NCBI GenBank assembly: GCA_963733455.1
Contig: CAVTDE010000007.1
Coordinates: 44,854-108,853, forward strand
Direction: 5' to 3'
Origin: an uncultured Bacteroidales bacterium
GTDB taxonomy: Bacteria; Bacteroidota; Bacteroidia; Bacteroidales; VadinHA17
DNA length: 64,000 bases
A program made the translations under genes and the position numbers. The notes under the pieces are model-generated. The model searched no databases, was not told the DNA's origin, and saw only the letters and a program-made list of their open reading frames with translations. Shown here piece by piece: positions 59,055 to 64,000 of the stretch; within the stretch, counting starts at the first letter, position 1; each line of letters opens with the position of its first letter.

Positions 59055-60290
59055 TTATTTATTGCCAATGCAATACAGGTGCTGATATCCCCGGATATAT
59101 ATTTTCCCCCTGCTGATTGCCGGTGAAGCATTCATTCTTTCACCAATAGAGTTTTTTGCAACATACTCAAATCTGGGGCCTGGTTTAATCACGGTTATCA
59201 CACCGTCATCATTAGGCATATAAACCAGCCCGTTGGCCAGAACAGGTGAAGAGTACTGCATGCCAAGGTTTTTCACCCAGAGGATATTTCCGGTAGCAGC
59301 TTCAATGCAATTAACCTCGCCAGTTGTCATTGTTGTAAACAGATAATCATCGGTACAAACAGGCGAAGGAACATAATATGCACCTTTTCTTGACTGCCAT
59401 ACCACATGACTATTAGTAACATCACCCTGTCCATCGGGTTTTACCGCTACAAGATTGCGAACAGGCCAGGCACTGCTTACAAGTACTAATCCTGATTTTT
59501 CATTATAGACAGGACTGGAACAAAAGTCTTCGGAAGGGCCATTTACGAACCAGTATCGCGAACCATCGCCGGGATTGTAGGAAGCAATTTCTTTGTTGCC
59601 ACAAAAAATCATCTGCATCTTTCCTGCCATTTTCCTGAATATAGGAGTGCTGAAACTGTGCGCCGGTCTTTCGTGAGAAACTTTCCAGATTATGTGGCCG
59701 TCGGTTCTGCTAAGAGCTGCGACAAATGAATCTCCCTGACTATCACCATTAATTATGACTTTATCTTCAAACAGCACCGGTGAACAACTGTAACCATGAG
59801 GACTTAAGAATGTGCCGGGTCGCTGCAGCCAGACCTGTTTTCCTGAAAAGTCATACGCTCCCACAACAATATCCTTACCATCCAAAAAAGACACATAAAC
59901 CCTTGTGCCATCTGTAGATGGTGTACCTGAAGCGAAACTGTTGTTATCATGCTTCTGTTCAAACGTGGTTTTGAGTACAGTTTTTTTCCATAAGAGGTTG
60001 CCGTTAACTGTGTTATAACAAAGGAGAACTTTTTCCTGAGTTGCAGGAAAAGCTGTAGTCAGGAAAATCTTATCATTCCACACTATCGGTGATGAATAAC
60101 CTGTGCCCGGTACCGTAATTTTCCAGACCACGTTCGTGACTGAATCCCACTTAACGGGCAAATTGATTTCTGAACTTGTCCCGTCCCCGTTCGGGCCGCG
60201 CCAGCAAGGCCAGTTTTGGGCTTGTGTGACAGATATGGTATCAGCAATCAGCAACAGTAGAAATATATTCAAAAATCTGAGGTTGTTCAT
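59055..60290 (-). CDS. PQQ-like beta-propeller repeat protein, secreted
   Basis: Signal peptide followed by NWPCWRGPNGDGTS and repeated ..G..LW. blades. Confidence 0.8.
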   Translation of the reverse strand: MNNLRFLNIFLLLLIADTISVTQAQNWPCWRGPNGDGTSSEINLPVKWDSVTNVVWKITVPGTGYSSPIVWNDKIFLTTAFPATQEKVLLCYNTVNGNLLWKKTVLKTTFEQKHDNNSFASGTPSTDGTRVYVSFLDGKDIVVGAYDFSGKQVWLQRPGTFLSPHGYSCSPVLFEDKVIINGDSQGDSFVAALSRTDGHIIWKVSHERPAHSFSTPIFRKMAGKMQMIFCGNKEIASYNPGDGSRYWFVNGPSEDFCSSPVYNEKSGLVLVSSAWPVRNLVAVKPDGQGDVTNSHVVWQSRKGAYYVPSPVCTDDYLFTTMTTGEVNCIEAATGNILWVKNLGMQYSSPVLANGLVYMPNDDGVITVIKPGPRFEYVAKNSIGERMNASPAISRGKIYIRGYQHLYCIGNK

Positions 60291-60372
60291 GTATTTTATT
60301 TATTTCTATTTAAAAAGACCAAAGGATTCCGGTCAAAAATAAAGAAAAATAATGGAAAGTATCAAACAGAAA

Positions 60373-60450
60373 AGCTCACTTTAAGTACTCCAAACTCCAG
60401 CTCACTCTAAGTACTTCAAACTCTAGTTCACTCTAAGTACTTCAAACATG
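60373..60450. repeat. Three tandem 26-bp repeats with a palindromic AGTACT core
   Basis: agctcactttaagtactccaaactcc / agctcactctaagtacttcaaactct / agttcactctaagtacttcaaacatg. They lie in the divergent intergenic region between the propeller gene and the AraC gene. Confidence 0.9.
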
Positions 60451-60543
60451 TACTCCGGTATGAACTTCAGTAAGTGATATTTGTTATAAATACTAATAAG
60501 CAGTTGATACTTTTCATACTTTTCGCCCCTATATTAAAAAGGA

Positions 60544-61449
60544 TTGCATCAAAACAGACATAACGGCAACTCCCTTTATCACTTTAGTTTCCTCCGGGAT
60601 ATCAGAGTGCATGGCATTTATTATAACTCATTCGACAAGTATCTGGGTCTCTATCCCTTTATTAAAAAGGAACATTATCACGATTTCTATACAGTTCTGT
60701 TGTTTACAAAAGGGAACAGTGTTATAAGGGTAAATAACGATTCTTACCCTGTTGAACCGCAAACCATCTGTATCATTGCTCCTGGTCAGATGCATTCATT
60801 TGAAGGCCTTGAAGATATGCACGGCACTGTTTTCTTCTTTTGCCAGGATTTTTATGTTGAGGAATTTAGTTTTATCCGCTTATTGAATGTTTTTTCCTGC
60901 ACTTCACAAATCAACGGTAATATATCAAATCATATCATTAAATTGTCAGATGACGAGTTTTGCCAGACAAGAGATTTAATAAAGCTGATCGAGCGGGAAT
61001 ATGAATGTTATACACCTGCCAATAATTCTTCAACTGTAATACGTTCGTTTCTGAACATACTTCTTTTGAAACTTTCTGAATTATATGAAGCAAAGTCGGA
61101 ACAATCGAATAAAAGCGACAGCATCTTCATTCACGAATTATCACGTCTTGTTGATTCTTATTTTATTAATGAACACCATATCGGTTTTTATACTTCAGCG
61201 TTTAATGTCTCGGAGAAACAATTAAACGACATATGCAACAAGAATTTCAACTGCGGATTAAAAAAAATATTAAATGACAGGCTGATGCAGGAAGCCAGAA
61301 AACTCCTGCTCTCTTCAGAACTTTCGGTTTCAGAGATTTCGTACAAGCTGAATTTTGACGATAACTCCTACTTCAATAAGGTCTTTAAGAAACAGACCGG
61401 CCTCACACCCAAGCGATTCCGCGACGTACATAAAAAGCTGGTACCATAA
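60544..61449 (+). CDS. AraC-family transcriptional regulator (cupin-like N-terminal domain plus HTH)
   Basis: C-terminal ISYKLNFDDNSYFNKVFKKQTGLTPKRFR. The start is uncertain: the track uses TTG and there is no nearby in-frame ATG. Confidence 0.8.
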   Translation: MHQNRHNGNSLYHFSFLRDIRVHGIYYNSFDKYLGLYPFIKKEHYHDFYTVLLFTKGNSVIRVNNDSYPVEPQTICIIAPGQMHSFEGLEDMHGTVFFFCQDFYVEEFSFIRLLNVFSCTSQINGNISNHIIKLSDDEFCQTRDLIKLIEREYECYTPANNSSTVIRSFLNILLLKLSELYEAKSEQSNKSDSIFIHELSRLVDSYFINEHHIGFYTSAFNVSEKQLNDICNKNFNCGLKKILNDRLMQEARKLLLSSELSVSEISYKLNFDDNSYFNKVFKKQTGLTPKRFRDVHKKLVP

Positions 61450-61488
61450 AAACTCCGAATTTTACCATTTTTCATGATCATGTGATTT

Positions 61489-61496
61489 TACTTTTG
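61489..61496 (+). promoter_or_regulatory. Candidate Bacteroidota -7 promoter element (TAnnTTTG)
   Basis: TACTTTTG lies 20 nt upstream of the hmuY-like ATG. This is a motif match only. Confidence 0.3.
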
Positions 61497-61515
61497 CAAA
61501 AAACTTACATTGATT

Positions 61516-62106
61516 ATGAAGACACTATTTATTTCGCTTATCGTTTTAACAGGATTTTTTTTCGGCTGTACGAAAGAAGAAACCAATCCGATCCAGTCAC
61601 AAACATTTGAAGTAAACTCCACGGGATCAACAACATGGAAATATTTCAGTTTCTCAAAAAACGATACAATCAACGTCGCGGACCCGCTAACCTCAACTGA
61701 ATGGGATCTGGCATTCCAGCGATACAGACTCAGAACAAACGGGGGCAAATCGGGAAGCGGAATGGGTAGTGCAGCAAACTCTTTTAAGAAAGGCCAGGCA
61801 GGTTTTGATGCATTGAACGAGGTTTCGGATACATCCACCTTTTTTACGGATGACACCCTTAGAATTGCCGTACAGCAGGGATATGCAACCTATACCGTTA
61901 ATCCGGAGCTCTATACCTGGTTCACGATTGAACTGGCAACCCAGGGAACACAAATTGTACCATCAGACTACATCTATATAATTAAGACAGGTGATGGTAA
62001 ATATGCAAAAGTCTGGTTCAAAAGCTATTACAGCGCTGCCAATGTTTCCGGTCATGTTACTTTTCAATACAAGTACCAGCCGGACGGATCAAAAAGGCTT
62101 AATTAA
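61516..62106 (+). CDS. hmuY: HmuY-family heme-binding lipoprotein
   Basis: Lipobox FFFGCTKEE. TWKYFSF...TEWDLAFQRYRLRTNGG pattern typical of HmuY. It lies directly upstream of a TonB-dependent receptor. Confidence 0.75.
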   Translation: MKTLFISLIVLTGFFFGCTKEETNPIQSQTFEVNSTGSTTWKYFSFSKNDTINVADPLTSTEWDLAFQRYRLRTNGGKSGSGMGSAANSFKKGQAGFDALNEVSDTSTFFTDDTLRIAVQQGYATYTVNPELYTWFTIELATQGTQIVPSDYIYIIKTGDGKYAKVWFKSYYSAANVSGHVTFQYKYQPDGSKRLN

Positions 62107-62171
62107 ATTCTGATGGAAATCCGGGTTGACCGGCTGATCTTACAAATTGAGAATAATCTCCGTGAAATAAT

Positions 62172-64000
62172 ATGCTGTCATCCTTAAAGAAAAATTTTCT
62201 CATCCTGACATTCCTGTCCATTACGGGTATCATTACCTCCCAGGAAGGCAGGATATCAGGGAGAGTTATGGGAATCGACAGCAGTTCGGTATCCGGTGCA
62301 ACCATTGTGATAAAAGGTACTACTCTTGGTGCAGTAACCGACCAGGAAGGAATTTATCATTTTAGTAAAATCAAACCCGGGACATACACACTGCGGGCGG
62401 CACTACTTGGGTACGAAACTCAGGAAAAAACGATTGCTGTTCCGGTTGGAGAGGAAGTTGCCGATTTCATACTCGGGGAATCGAACATTAATTTAAATGA
62501 AGTAGTGGTAACAGCAACAAAGTCAGAAAAAACTTTAAAAAATGTTCCTGTCCTGACCCAGGTTATCAGCGCCCGTCAGATGCTCAACCTTGGGATAACA
62601 AACGTTACCGATGCTCTTCAAAACATGGTGCCTGGTCTTGATGTGAGCCAGTTTGGCACTAGAACCTCAATATCAATGCAGGGCATGGATTCGAAGTATG
62701 TTTTGTTCCTGATTGACGGAGAGAGGATTGCCGGCGAAGTAAACGGGGATATCGATTACTCAATGCTGAATATGGAGAATATCGACAGAATTGAAGTTAT
62801 CAAGGGAGCATCCTCATCCCTTTACGGTTCTAATGCCATAGGCGGCGTCATTAACATCATAACCAAAGGGATAACAGGAGCTTTTGACGGGAAGTTTTAC
62901 TCACGCTATTCTAAATTCAATGAGTTGTATTCCGGAGGCGGAATAGCTCTGAAGAAAGGAATTATTGGTTCCAGAACCAGTCTGAATTATAGTCGTACCG
63001 ATGGTTACGACATTACCCCCGATAGTCCTCACGACTGGAGCCAGAATCCATACACTTCATTAAGCGTAAACCAGAAATTTGAAATAACTCCCGGACCACA
63101 TCTTTCCATTGTTCCATATTTCGGATATTATCAGTTTGAGAGGGGTAACGTAAGCGCGCGGCCGGCTCATGATCTTTACCAGGATCTGAATACCGGACTG
63201 AAAGGACATTTTTTCTTTGGTAAACATGCCCTTGATTTTTCATATTACCGCGATCGTTATAATACTTTTAATGTTCTTGAATTGCTTAACAATAAAAAGG
63301 ACAGGGTTTCATATGACATCATTCAGACCCTCAGAACACAGGGGAATTTTCATCTCTCGGATAAAAACAGTTTAGTCGCCGGCCTCGAGTACAATTATGA
63401 AAATCTATTTTCGATAAGAAACGAAGGCGGGCTCAAAGATGAAGGAGAAGCTGTATTCTATGTTCAGGAGGATGTCCATCTTGGCGGGCGATGGAACATT
63501 GTGGCAGGTATAAGGGCAAGCCACCACAGCAGCTATGGGTTGAACGCAGCACCAAAAATCTCAGTTCTGTTCAAAGAGCGGTCTCTGAACTTCAGGGCTT
63601 CTGCCGGAACTGGTTTCCGTTCCCCTTCATTGAAGGAATTATATATGAACTTTGATCATTTCGGAGAATGGTATATAATAGGGAATACGCAATTAAGACC
63701 CGAATCTTCGAAATATGTATCAGGATCTATAGAATTCTCAAAGCCATGGAACAATTCGTCTGTTTCCGTTTACCGGAATGAGCTTTCAGATATGATCACT
63801 GACCGGTGGCTGCCCGATTCAGTTCAGCTTACACGGCAGTATCAGAATATTGCCAGCGCTTCTGTTTATGGCATTGACTTTCTATCCAAACAAAAAATCT
63901 TCAGGGGACTTTGGCTCACGGCAGGTTATAGTTATGTTAAATCGCACGATAATGAAACTGGTCTTCAGTTATACGGCACAACCAAACATTCCGGAAGTGT
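62172..64000 (+). CDS. TonB-dependent receptor (HmuR-like), partial, continues past window end
   Basis: Not in the track because it has no stop, but I read it as open from ATG 62172 to 64000. CarboxypepD_reg-like RISGRVMG...GATIVIKGT, plug blocks (DRIEVIKGASSSLYGSNAIGGVINI) and barrel-type segments. Confidence 0.9.
   Translation, partial: MLSSLKKNFLILTFLSITGIITSQEGRISGRVMGIDSSSVSGATIVIKGTTLGAVTDQEGIYHFSKIKPGTYTLRAALLGYETQEKTIAVPVGEEVADFILGESNINLNEVVVTATKSEKTLKNVPVLTQVISARQMLNLGITNVTDALQNMVPGLDVSQFGTRTSISMQGMDSKYVLFLIDGERIAGEVNGDIDYSMLNMENIDRIEVIKGASSSLYGSNAIGGVINIITKGITGAFDGKFYSRYSKFNELYSGGGIALKKGIIGSRTSLNYSRTDGYDITPDSPHDWSQNPYTSLSVNQKFEITPGPHLSIVPYFGYYQFERGNVSARPAHDLYQDLNTGLKGHFFFGKHALDFSYYRDRYNTFNVLELLNNKKDRVSYDIIQTLRTQGNFHLSDKNSLVAGLEYNYENLFSIRNEGGLKDEGEAVFYVQEDVHLGGRWNIVAGIRASHHSSYGLNAAPKISVLFKERSLNFRASAGTGFRSPSLKELYMNFDHFGEWYIIGNTQLRPESSKYVSGSIEFSKPWNNSSVSVYRNELSDMITDRWLPDSVQLTRQYQNIASASVYGIDFLSKQKIFRGLWLTAGYSYVKSHDNETGLQLYGTTKHSGS

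Overview
The window looks like a Bacteroidota-type chromosomal segment of about 40% GC. Supporting signs are a T9SS-type C-terminal sorting tail, an HmuY plus TonB-dependent receptor pair, DUF5916, DUF5009 and DUF5060 proteins, many lipobox and Tat signal peptides, and TAnnTTTG promoter-like motifs. It is dominated by secreted glycan-degrading and periplasmic redox enzymes: GH3, GH5-like, GH18, a CE15-like esterase, two Tat-signal Gfo/Idh/MocA oxidoreductases, and Tat-signal DUF362, AKR-FeS and RraA-like proteins. It also holds a galactarate/glucarate operon (garD, a DHDPS-like gene, gudD, garR, an MFS permease), acetyl-CoA and acyl-CoA ligases, a GtrA/GT39/PHP-like envelope cluster, a tandem-domain DUF3494 ice-binding-like protein, a 7TMR-DISM/PP2C sensor and three AraC regulators. 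I found no rRNA, tRNA, CRISPR array, or recognisable phage, defence or conjugation module. Five genes are broken by single-nucleotide frameshifts, three of them in the glucarate operon. There are two stub gene remnants (GH16 C-terminus, GH29 N-terminus) and an IS200/RAYT-type transposase remnant with duplicated hairpin-bearing flanks. At least three intergenic repeat families occur, including a roughly 300-bp MITE-like palindromic element, plus two short tandem arrays that look regulatory. The best candidates for undescribed biology are all hypotheses from sequence reading only: (1) a two-gene module pairing a membrane protein with two H-x13-H helices and a membrane-anchored FeS flavoprotein; (2) a TonB plug without a barrel fused to DUF1566; (3) a Tat-exported RraA-like/AKR-FeS redox cluster; (4) a tandem-domain HEMxER protein.
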